DNA of 64,000 bases from Pocillopora damicornis. Its lineage: Eukaryota. The DNA lies in contig NW_020846189.1 of NCBI RefSeq assembly GCF_003704095.1, forward strand, positions 186,001 through 250,000, written 5' to 3'. Positions 38,191-50,189 of this stretch are shown here, in pieces (position 1 is the first letter of the stretch; the number at the start of each line of letters is the position of its first letter). The notes beneath the pieces are model-generated. The model was not told the origin of the DNA and did not search any database. It worked only from the letters and a program-made list of their open reading frames with translations. The position numbers were made by a program, and so were the translations under genes.

Positions 38191-40877
38191 ATGGCCTCCA
38201 CATCTGTGGTTACCAATGCCGATACAACAAACATAACGACATCAGCTTTTACGGTGAAAGAAGAAGGAGATAATGCAGTAACTTCTCTGAGTCCATTAGC
38301 ACTTGGCTTATTCCTCGAAGCAGGTATTTTGGCAGTTGCTCTTGGAAATCTTTTGGTGCTGCTGTCGATAAAATTTCAAAAACAATGGGTCATTACAGAT
38401 ATTCTCCTTCTGTCCCTTTCAACGGCAGATTTCATTGGCGGAGCTGTCCCTCTTCAAATTCTGATTTTCGTGAACTATTTTGTCCAGAGGAGGTGGACTC
38501 CCTTTCTCTGCGGCTTCTATATAGTGGTGGTAAATGCGCTTCGCTTTGCCTCCGCTGGGACGGTCACGCTGATAGCTGTCGAACGAGCTTTTATGATTTT
38601 GTCTCCATTCAAATATCACACGACAATTACAACTTCGCGTGTGAAAAAACTTGTCATGTTCACTTGGTTGAATGCAGTGTTGTTCGCCTCTTTGCCATTC
38701 CTAGGAGTTGGAAAATCGGGTTATGAAGATGGTAGATGTTTTTATCATTTAACGCATTTGGGAAAAGCCTATGCTATTCTTATCGTATCTGCATCCTTCA
38801 TATTGTTGGCACTAGTGTTAGCATGTTATTTTGCGATCAAAACATCGAGTACGCAGTTTATTAAGCGACAAACAGTAATGGACACAAAAAACAAAAGTGC
38901 CGGGACGAATTTGTCTCGCGGGTCAGTTTCCGAGGATCCTGGGTGCGAGGGAGTGAAAAGAAGACGAAAGAGTAGCACGCATGGAGTGAGGGAGATTCAG
39001 AGACTGTCACTTATGATGGCCCTAGTTGTTTTTCTTTACTACATTAGCTGGCTGCCAATTTTGGTGAGTATTTCGTTCTGGAGTATTAAAATGTTGAACT
39101 TGGAAATACAAATTCTACCCAGCGAAGTCGGCTATCGAGATTAAGTCGTAGGTCTTTACTATACGGTTTCCGAAGCATTTCAGCTTAGAAATCACATTGT
39201 AAACGATAAAGTGTCTGGTAAAAATTCGTGATGCTGTTTCGTTTTTTTTTTTTTTTTTTTTTTTTTTTGCCAAAGAGAAAACAAATTATTTCCGTTAACA
39301 AAGTATCCAATTGACCAGACATACTTCATGAAACTTCAATCGTGAATCAAACAATCCAGTCAACGTACAATGGAGAAATAAAACCACTGATATACTGCAA
39401 TAGCAGCTTCCTAACTGAGTTATTTGTTTCTTTTATTTGCGGTGCGTCTGCCAAAAGCCAAAAAGAAAGGCAGTACCAATAACTGCAATAATCTCTCTCT
39501 TGAACTCTTGTGCGGTGAGGACCTCATAGGGTTCAACTTTCTCAGACACCTTCTATCTTAAATTTAGCTGTTAGTCTGTAAAACAAAACAATTTCAGCTA
39601 ATGGGTATCTTTTGCAATTCATCAGACTTCAGTTTATACATTAATTGACATATGAAATTCCCGATTTCATTCAGACTATTCAGTCAATATTGGCCTAGTG
39701 TTGCTCTTGATGGTCCACATAAGTCAGAATTAGAGCTGAAGATCATGATGCTGTCGAGAAGAAAACATCATTGTTTTCACATTATTTTCAGATCAGCAAC
39801 ATTGTTACCCTGATTACAGGCCACCAATCAAGTAAAGCTGTTGTTCTCCTCACGGGGATGGTCTCTCTGATATACGCTATGGCAAACCCGATCATTTACG
39901 GAAAAATGAGTTCACGGTACAGATGGGCTTATCGGCGAGTGTTTGCATCTCTTTTTCTTTGTGAGACTTGCAGGCAGAGATCAAGATCCTGGAGCATATC
40001 GTGCTCAAGGAAAAGTAAGTAAATTTGCGGGATCTATTTAAGACAAATCATCTTTGGGTCTCTATAGAATTTTTGACCGTTTGAACGATATGTTATTATT
40101 TCTAATCCTTCCTTGCCGGGAACAGTGTTCGTCCTTCTTTGTAGTAGCCTGAAAACCTGTCTCTCGTGTCAGATGAGCGTTTTATAGCTTTTTCTCAACT
40201 TTTCGTCGTATGACACTGAACATAGGATTATTTAAGATGGGCTACTATCATTGATCAGAAGAATTAGCTTGCCATGAAGAACTCCTTAAATAGATTTAAA
40301 AAGATGGTCAATTTTGATCTCGGTTGGAGAAGAGATAAATAATGGTCATTCATTTGTTTGGTGCGAGCGTGGAACACATAAAATCCGAGTCCTTAAGAGG
40401 AGTCTTTTACATTGACGATGCATTTCGCTTGGTCACTTACAATATTCATAGCGGTGACAAGCGTCCTATTGCGCATATTGCAACTATGAAAAATTTCGAA
40501 ACCGTTGCGTGCGTATATAGACGAAGAAAATTGTTCTTCTTTCTTTCTCTTTATTTGATCACAGCGAGTTGACAAATTAACATTTTTTCATGATATCCTT
40601 AGGCACACGTTCGCGCACCTTGTCGTTACCACAAATCTCAAAGGACCAAGAGCTCAAGAGAAATATTACCAAAGACGAAGGTCCTGAGTACCCAAAAATG
40701 GCGCATGGACGACATCAAGATTCTGCTGGACAGAAAAACGAGGGGCTACAATGCCCGGATGACTTTGCAGAAGGCGTGGTACTGGAATTTGGCGATGATG
40801 GAAACAGTTTTTCTCAAAATGAATTTACGAGCAGAGAAACGAACAGCTCTTACTTATCAAATGAGTTTTTACTTTAA
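38191..40877 (+). CDS. Class A (rhodopsin-like) orphan GPCR, prostanoid-receptor-like; paralog B, 456 aa, 3 coding exons
   Basis: Exons 38191-39063 (TM1-6: GN, LSTAD, ERA, SWLP|gtgagt), 39792-40014 (TM7 NPIIY), 40603-40877, in phase. Colinear similarity with paralog A (LPFxGVGxSG, CF, LGKAYAI, FIxRQTVM, YYISWLP). Acceptor at 38109/38110 implies a non-coding upstream exon. Confidence 0.92.
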
Positions 40878-42525
40878 ATAAGATGAAAAATTAGCTATAG
40901 AACGTTTCCAAATACTTATATAGTTATGTAGTCACTACTTATTAACTATTTAAATAATTGACGGTCACTAAATGAACTTTAGTGGACATAGAAGCGACTC
41001 CCTTGTTTGGCCGAGAGAGAGGAAAGATTCGTACTTTTCAGATGAGGTTTTTTTTAAATTAGGTTCGAATTTCTAGATCATACGTCTTTTTATTTAAATA
41101 TGTAATCTCTATGTTGATTAATCTATGATTGACGGATGCTGAATGAACTTTAGCCGAGATATAAAAAGAACCCGCATATTCGGAGAACTAAGCAACATGA
41201 CCTCTGCGGCAACGGATAAGTTTGGCAGGATTGATCTCATTAAACGATCGATACATCAATGAAAAACATAATCGATCGAGCAATTAGTCCCGTTTATTTA
41301 ATAAAAGTACAGGAAGGTTAATGTTGAAACTAGCACTTAAATCATCTAAAAAATTTTACTGGTGTCTATTTATAATAAGTTTGTAAACAAGGTCAATAAG
41401 GCGGAATACTGTGATTAAACTTAAACCAAGCAGAGTATTTCAAAATTTTACTAACACACTAGAATCTGACCTTACTTAGAGAATGACAAGTTTAATGAAC
41501 GCTAAATTTTACCGGTATCCTCTGAATGAAATTTCACTTTGATTGAAATAAAGTTCATCTGAAGGAGTTAACTTCAACACTCACTCAATTTAGTATAGCA
41601 GAGTTTCCATTGTTTAAATATACGAAAGTCATTTGGCCTTTGGAACTTCCATTAATTCATGTCGGAGACGACGATGAAAAAAGACCAAGTAAATTTGGGA
41701 GTCCAAATTCTAAATTTTTTCTTTCCAGTGTTAAGTGTCTATGGCTTCTAAAAATAGCACGATTGACAGTGGATGTAATCAAAGATTTATTCTGAGTGGA
41801 AATGGTTCCAGCTCTTCAAGATATGGAACAAATGAAGACGAACGTGCGCCAGTGGGGAAATATGATTTGAGTTTTGTGGAGAGAAAAAGTTTCTCTTAAA
41901 GCTTTCAAACTCTGTTTGCCCTCTATCCATCTCAGTACTAAGATATTCATTGTTGGATTGCTGCCTAAGTGATTAGCTTTTCTTAGGGTCCTCCCTAATT
42001 GCCGTAAACATTTATCCAAGCAATTATCTTGCCGAATAGCTACCTGTTCTCCTTCAATGGTGGGTCACGCTGAGATCCCTGAATGATCCTCAGTATCCAT
42101 GTCAGTGACCGTTATTTATCTAGTTAACTCAATTAGGAGATTATAATGGTCTGACCATCTTTCAGTTTCTAAACTTGCTTTGCGAGGCCTATTTACTCGT
42201 TCATCTTGGAGATTTTGTACCGAAAACGCGAATAATATCATGTTTTTTTTTTCTGTTTTAAATTTTGAACCGCAGAAGAATCTCAGAAGTGCGCAATTTT
42301 CATTTTAGCCAAAGTCATGATCTATTGATAGCAACAAGAGCGTCTGTGGCGCCATAAAAAATTGTTATTCTCGTTATTCATTTGATATTCTGTGGAAATT
42401 AATTAGGATTAAGTGTAAACTGTTTACTGACTTCACTGAAATGTAGGCATTATGTATGTGAGGGATGTCTCTTTATGGCTGACTGACTGACGGGGTGTTG
42501 TAAATTTTTACAACAACAACAATTT

Positions 42526-42736
42526 TTAACCCTTTCACTCCCATGAATGGCCAAAGCAGAATTTCTTGTTACAATGTCATACAAACTTAAGCAGACAAGT
42601 GATGAGAATAAAGAAAAATATTAATTTGGGGATTGTTAGTTGATCCTATTCCAAGTTCTCCAAACTAACATGACGGGGATGGTATGGAAGACAGTAGTGG
42701 GAATTATTGATTAGATTTTGGGAGTGAAAGGGTTAA
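42526..42736 (-). mobile_element. piggyBac-like MITE with perfect 14-bp TIRs and TTAA flanks
   Basis: TTAA-CCCTTTCACTCCCA ... TGGGAGTGAAAGGG-TTAA; no ORF. Confidence 0.85.
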
Positions 42737-43404
42737 CTTGTTTCAGGGTTACATTAATTTGACTCGCCACCTAGATTGTTACAACCAAAGAAGAATTTTT
42801 CAGTGAGATAATACATCCGCTGTTTGAATAATCTAGACAGCTTTGAATCTAATCTGCTGCTCTTGTGAACAACGTGTTAATGAAACGTACCTGAAACATA
42901 TCAACGCTTCTTGGAATTCATTCTAGAGAGAGGCGTTCTCGATTTTATGCCATGTTAATTCACAAAATATTTTTCGGACGAATCTTAAACTAAGGCAAAC
43001 ACTCAACCAAACATCTTCGGTGCCAACTAAGCCAAAAGGTATGAAAGCGATGGGAGTGGACAAAATTCATCGTAAGTTATAAAGAAATAAATCAGTATTT
43101 GAAAGCCAAGTGATTCATTTGACTGGGAACATGCGGTTTACGAGACTTGTACCTGACAACTAGAGTTTGCTCGACCGCCTAGTTCCACTGCAGACAAACC
43201 TTCATATTGTTTAAACAGATTTCATACATACTGAATGAACGACTGTGAAAATACATCGTTCGTCCAATCAGAGATAAGAACAATTATAGTACTTCACACT
43301 GGAAGGCATCAAATGGCTTCCAATTTTTTAAATGTGTCGGTCAGTAAGAAAATATCTCAGTATGTATGAATTAAAAACATCATACCGCCATACCCATGAT
43401 ACCA

Positions 43405-43550
43405 TGGAAAATGCTTGAACGATTCTTATTCACTCGTTGCGATGCATCAAAGACCTCACTCGTTCGCTGCACTCGCTAGTTCGTTATTTTGATGAATCGC
43501 AACTCGAAAAAAAATTGTTCGTACTCACTTTCCACAAAATAATCTCTATA
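43405..43550. repeat. Palindromic (foldback) MITE-like repeat
   Basis: TGGAAAATG...GTTGCGATGCATCAAA is an imperfect reverse complement of TTTGATGAATCGCAAC...ACTTTCCA, around a CACTCGTTCGCTGCACTCGCT core. Confidence 0.6.
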
Positions 43551-46500
43551 TCCTAACTTTTCTGAAGGGATCTCCTTGTAATGGACAACCTGCCACAGAT
43601 CTGGAAGCCATCATTCAACGATGTCATCCGTCAAAATTTTGCTGGCATCCTCCCGGTCGTTGCTAGGCTGCCCCACCCATCAAATCCAAGAGACAAAGTC
43701 TTGATCTTTTTCACCTCAGAATTTCGACAATCCAATTATGTTCCTTGGTACATTGCAATAGGGGAAACTGTTATATTTGCGCCAAACTTAAAACATTTAC
43801 AAATGCACTAGTTTCGTAATCGCAAAGCGCATTAGAACTTAGAACTTAGTGTCGGAAAAAAGAAGTATCATAACCCATCATTCTCATTGTTTCAAAAGAT
43901 GATGAACTTTTCAATAAGTATTTCCAAGAGAGAACAGTCTCTTGCTATTTCTACCATTGCTGTTTTGATTTTTTTAGTCATTCATTGCCCTCGTACTTTA
44001 ACAAGAGAACTCTTCAATACTGACTTGTCTCGCCAGCTTCATGGATGACTGAGTTTTGATGAATTAGAGTCAGTGTAAGTTATGATCTGATTACGTAAGC
44101 TCCACGTAAAAGGAATCTTTGATACCTTTGTCGTTAACAAGGCTGGTATATTTCTTCTTTAAAAAATTCGTCTGTCATAAATGGTGGTTCGCACAAAGCC
44201 GCAGTATGTCATGTGGGTAGTCAATGGAGACTTCAGGCTCCACTGGATGACACTACTAATAGACAAACACTCCACGGATAAGGAGGCGACTGAAGATTCT
44301 CAGTTTTGTACCCATTGTAGTTTACCTATTTTCCCTTTCTTACTTTCCCTTTTGGCTTTTATGGATGAAAATGGAGTTCTCTGTTTAGACATTTAGCTTT
44401 GTTACATTCGTGGCCTTAAATGTCCACATTTACTCGGATCATTAATCTAGAACTTTGCGGTTTGTTGGTTTTGAGCAAAGTTCACTCCATTTTTCTCTTA
44501 ATTTGTTTATTGGTTTTAGTAAACATCTTGGCCTGTTTTCTGGTTTTCTGTTTTATATTTAGTTCCTTCAATACGTTGAAATGTGCAGATTATGTGCCAC
44601 CGACTTCTCCTAAGTCGGACAGCGTTTTTTTAGAGTTGAAAGCCCGGGTGGGATCTGGAATTTATTTGAACTAGTGGAACTTGGAACTAGTGCAAGAGGG
44701 TGTGTCACCGTCTTTCTGAGTTAAGATGATTAAATGAAAAATAAAGCGACAAAATTTTCCTATAACTAAGAAAGCCGGTTACAGCAAAATTTGAGTTTCA
44801 CTTAGAAGAGGGTATGATCGAGTCAGAAAAAAACAAAGATTTTACTTTAAATTTGAGTAAACTAAAGACTAACCTGAGACCCAAGTTTCATAAGATTTGA
44901 TCAATCACTTAGAAAAAAAAATTAAAGAAAACATTTACGCTGATTAATGAGCATCACCTTCTCTAATGTTAATCAAATTTTAAAACCATTTCCTGTAGAA
45001 GTGCAAAGTCCGCAAATGTTCAGACAGAAAAATCGTCTGGAGCAGCTTGACCCAGTACAATATCATCTATTTTGAGAAACGGGTTTCAAAATAAACGCAA
45101 AAAAAAAAAAAACAAACCTTATTTCTAGCCGTTAAAGAGACCCCAACATTTAACAGTGCATTAGGGTTAAATATGTCCTATTAGAGTTGAACTTATCCAA
45201 AGACAAACGCTAAAATCACCAGAAACCAGATGAAAATATTTGAGATGTCGTTGGAATTGATCCCAATAGGCTGGGTGAGTTCTTTTTCAAAGACCTTTGC
45301 CCATCGGTTCCCATTCTTTTCTCCTAGTTTTGATGTTTAGGGCTCTCTAAGCAAACCAGGCAAACAAACTCGATGGACGCTCAAAATAAATTGCATCATT
45401 CATTGACTTTTTATATACAACAATCGTTAACTTATCAGTCTAGATATTTCGTGTGGTCCTTTTGGGATGATAACTATTAAACGATGGCTCGGAGATTGTC
45501 TTTAACGAGAGAAACTTGGGTACCAAGGATTGTGCGACCATCATTTAGGAAGCAGCAGTGTTAAAATAGTTCAGAGAGCTCCCATTATAAATCTGAGATT
45601 TGTTTTCATTTAGAAACATTGTGTCATTCAGACAAATCAAAACAGGTCAGGTTTAATTTGGATAACCCGAGGATTAACCTTGATCCGAAGTTTCACAAGA
45701 TGGTAAAATGCTTCAAAAAAGGAAAAAAAACATTTACACTGACTTATTCATCCTTAATTAAATTTCGTAACCATTTCCTGAATAAAACCAGCGCTGATCT
45801 ATTCCAGTTTGCGATAAGTACAAAGTTCGAAAACATACAGACAAACAAAACAATTATGATTTGAAAGCAACTTGAGACCATGCATGCCATATCGTCTGTC
45901 CGAGTAACTGGGCATCAAAATCAAAGCAGAAAAAGGGCTTTGGTTCTATTTAAGTTTAGCAACAACTGAAGAGCTACAGAAGGTAACATTTTGCCATAAA
46001 AGTATCCATTTAAAAGCGGTCGTAACCGTCAGAAATAAAAATGCGAAGAGTTCACATGATCTATCAGATTGTAACTAGCCTCAGAACACGCGATAAAATA
46101 AGCACGCGTTATATTTTTAACATTTCCCAAAAGAAATTAAATAACGAGAAAAGACCAGAGGCCTCCTCAAAACTGAAATTGATCAGCCGGACAACTGAGT
46201 TAAGTTTTAAAGATCTTGCCTGACAAAAAAAGAATCCAGAGTAATCAAATAATTGCAGGCTTCCAATACGATGAAAGAACCACGCCAATATTTCCACGTA
46301 CAGATTCTGAGGTCTTCTTAAAGGCAGGAGCTAATGATAGGATTTTAAAGGGGGGAATTTCTGTTTCATCCATGTAAAATAATTCGATTAAGCAACAACA
46401 CGAAGCTTTCTATTCACGGCATGAACTCTTCATGTATTGCAAGCTCAGCACGAAGCGACGAATATCTATGTGTGAATTTTCTCTCACACCGTCGAAAACG

Positions 46501-47945
46501 TGATGAAATGAACTCAATCATTTGAAGTATATCTATGTAATAATCTTTACAGGCCATGAGTTTGTATAAATTTTTCTGACTGATAGCTGTTTGAAAATGT
46601 TGTTTTAAGATTCAAGTTATTCCAAAGAGCTAACTACCCTTACAGAAGAAGAAAAAGCCTCAGGGCAGAGTCTTTGATTTCTTGGATACTAGTTATATCT
46701 GCTTAGCTCAGACACATCATGAAGGGAACATTTGGTTTAAATGCTATCCTAACTTCAGCGCAAAGCATGTAAATATTCAGAGTGAATGTCATATAAAATC
46801 AGTGTTCACTATCTTAGGATTTCCTGTGATTTCTGGCGAACAGCATACTTTTTCTCGGTCAAGTCTTATTCATTTGGGAAAGAAGGGAAGAAGGCCAACC
46901 TCTTCGGGTGTAGCTAAGAAAACATTGGCGTGACAAAGAGTTCCGTCGTTAGTCTACTTTTTTTCTAGTGTTTTCTACAACGAGTCCAGTATAATTGCTA
47001 AGTTTCTAACATGCGCTTCGAGTTTTTGTGGAATTTATGACATTTTTAGTGCACTCTTGAAGGTTTTCAAGTTAAGTGTGCAGCGTCACACAAGGTGATT
47101 CATTCGAATGAAATAGCAGCTGTTATAAATAATTAATTATCAACCAGGATTTTCTCAGGGTTTTCAAGCGTTTTGAATCCAGTCAAGAAAACCTCTTTAT
47201 TCTCGAACAATGAGGTTTTTTTTTCGGCTCCTAGAAAACAAACAAGATCTTCACCTTACCTTGTAAATGATTTGGATGATATTGTAACTCAATCTTCTCT
47301 GCTACTTCCGAACCAAGATACCGAGGATATTAAAACTACCTCGTTCTTGATTTGTTGCTGCAACTATGTTGAATTCAATAAAATTTTACAAACATTTTTT
47401 AGAAATAGTAGCGCGGAGGAGGTCCATCACAACAATGAGACTCTTTTTAGGTAAGGCCGTAATCAGTTTAGTATAATCGTGTTCGTGCTTTTTGGCGAAT
47501 GTCCCGGAAAGTGATGATAGATTTCTCCAAGATTTGATCCGAATCATGCGACTGGTCATGAAAAGTTTTCTGCACGTTTAAGATTGAAACCTTTAAAATT
47601 TCGTCATTAACATATGCACAGATCATTTAGAGTGATTAGTAACCAGGAGAATGAAAATAAATGCAACAAATCACCTAGAACAATGTTTTCACAGCATTTA
47701 ATGATCAATTAATCCCACAGGAACCAATTTTAACATCTCGGGTATTTACTTCCAGGTCACCCACAAAATTAACCATGCGCAGCTATTGAGCCAGTAAATG
47801 CTTGGTCAGCAATCACATTTCATAGAAACCTGAGTACATCGTATAAAATTGGACAAATGTACCATGCACGAAATATTTGCAGAATTCGACTGCTGCATAT
47901 CTTGCGCCTTTTCCTTACGTTGTAACAAATTATAAAGTTTTAGAC

Positions 47946-48620
47946 ACTTCCAAGATCTAATTGTCAATTGTGCCCTCTACGTGCACATCTCCTTGTAAAT
48001 TAGTTACAAGAATTTGGTGTTAGATCACAACAACAACTTCTACCTGGTAGGTTTCAGCTTTCTCATTACCCATCTGCTGGATGATGTCTGAATATCGTAG
48101 GGAGAAGTTAGATGTTAATCACTTGTGTCATGCGGATTCGTGCGAAAACACTGACCCCCAGTCCATGGACTACCGCGATGGACTACGCCAAAGGACTACC
48201 CCGAAGTGCCTTGAAAAATCCTCTTTCAAATCAGAGTACTATTGAAAGGAATGCTATGTCTATACTTATATCATGCAAGTGCCTTCTTTATTTTTTTCAG
48301 TCAATGCGATAAATTTCTCAAAAACACTTCACATATCGTTTTGACGTCATCTGTGATCTATTTCTAAATACCGCAGCACCATGGAACCTATTTTAAATAG
48401 AATGAAAGATGATTAAAGATTACTTTAAGACCTATATTAAGGGAAGGATCATGACTTCAAGTCATGTTTCAAATGAAAGACTTTGAATGTTTGAAATAAT
48501 CGCTTAAATTTTATGATGTTTGTTGTGGCTAACGAAGACAGAGGACTCAGAGGGCTGGTCCACTTCAGGGCAGTCTATCAGGGTAGCCCATGGACTGGGG
48601 ATCAATGTATTGTTGTCGGA
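47946..48620. mobile_element. Cluster of MITE remnants: decayed piggyBac-like MITE relative (47946-48125), TIR element (48148-48608) and nested fragment (48338-48395)
   Basis: ACACTGACCCCCAGTCCATGGACTAC (48148) vs GTAGCCCATGGACTGGGGATCAATGT (48583-48608) form ~26-bp inverted arms. Internal TTTTGACGTCATCTGTGATCTATT matches the 62.3-kb foldback arm. Confidence 0.65.
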
Positions 48621-49118
48621 ATGTTTGGGTCTTTCACGGTGATAACTCTTACTCGATAATTTCTTAGCTGGTTATTGCAAAATCGTCTAATAATACATGA
48701 CAAGGTAAAATCAGTCAACGAACCTAGTTATTCATTGAGCCGGAGTTTATTCCAGTTTCCCAAGCATGGAACGATTACCAGGATTGCAAACCCCACCCTC
48801 TCGCAATGGCATATTATTCAATCGCACATTACTTCTTAGCTTCTTCTTTATTTTTCTTATCAGTTGACTGGTACTCACGTATACTTCTGAGAGAGTGGAA
48901 GCAGTCGGAGGGTAGTGTGACTTTAGTAAAAAATACAAAATTACTGTCAACCATCATGCCAAGACGTCTCCCATCAAGTGATTCATAAAAAGAATCTCTG
49001 TAGAAAAGTTTATTTTGATTGTGTAATTAACTGATAAATGGATCCAACCATGTATTTTTCTTTTCTTGTAGTCCCTTGTATTGTAAGTATATATTTTAAA
49101 GGTATCGTAGATATCGTT

Positions 49119-49165
49119 AATAATAATAATGATGATAATAATAATAATAATAATAGTAATAATAA
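49119..49165. repeat. (AAT)n microsatellite
   Basis: Interrupted AAT run. Confidence 0.9.
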
Positions 49166-50189
49166 ACTAATAAATGGAAGAAGTTATATTGCCGTGGGGG
49201 GATGCAAATACTGATTGTTTGGTCCCGAGGTTACTGCAGCGACCGAGTGACAGACAACACAAGAAGATAAAATTCTATTTACGTCCATTAGGGTTTTGTT
49301 TATCATGTAGATATCGATGGGAAATTGCAAATTGAGTACTTTATGATCGTTTGAAGACACTTTTTGAGTGCAACAACTGTTTTGATCACCCGCGCCAACC
49401 TAACATATTAGGTGTGTCCGCGAAAAAGCAACAACGTCTTTTGATGAACCAGGAGCGACTACACACACAGATGAAGGATAAAGCACTTTGGGAGCCAACA
49501 ATACCTGTTCCAACTAAAGTCTGCGCAAATACTTCCCTTGGTGATAACGGATCTGGACTTGATATTAAAAGGAACAAACAAACAATGAATTTCACACTTG
49601 AAGAAACGCTCTCAAAGTTTATCAGATGATGATGATCTCCTTTCTCTACGTAATCAGTGGCGTGGCCATATTGCCGTTTTTTGAGGTTCCCTTCACGGCC
49701 ACCTCTGGAAAGGACAGAAGTTGAGGTATATGATACAACTTGATAAGCGTTTTTAATAGGTTATTCAGGTTAGATGGCTATCCGGGCCTACAAGGCCAAG
49801 AGCTAAGTCAATGGTGTATATTTTTCGTTTCCAAAGGAAAACTTTTCTAACGAAATATTTTCGAAAATAAAGAAGTGATTGCTTTTGTCCAAAAAAATTA
49901 TAAAAATTTGACTCAAACCAAGCTCAAACAGAGCATATCGTTCGATGGATTGATTGACGTCAGGTGTATATATTGACCTAATGCCACAAACATGAAAGTG
50001 TCCGCTGGTCTCTTTTCTCGCAGGTTCAAATTACGGGTTGATCATCTGAAGAGAGTCAAAGAAAAGTTTGTTTTGGATAGACCTCGAACGCAAACTAGTT
50101 AGGGGGCGGCGGATTAAAGAGCTACTTTACCTTCATCGATGGGCCAAAACTGGAATTAAGGGGAGGGAAATCTCCAAAAGTATCGAGAA

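Noticed and set aside
20370-40877. Opsin identity for the GPCRs
   Set aside because: Position 7.43 is Leu in both; there is no retinal-binding Lys.
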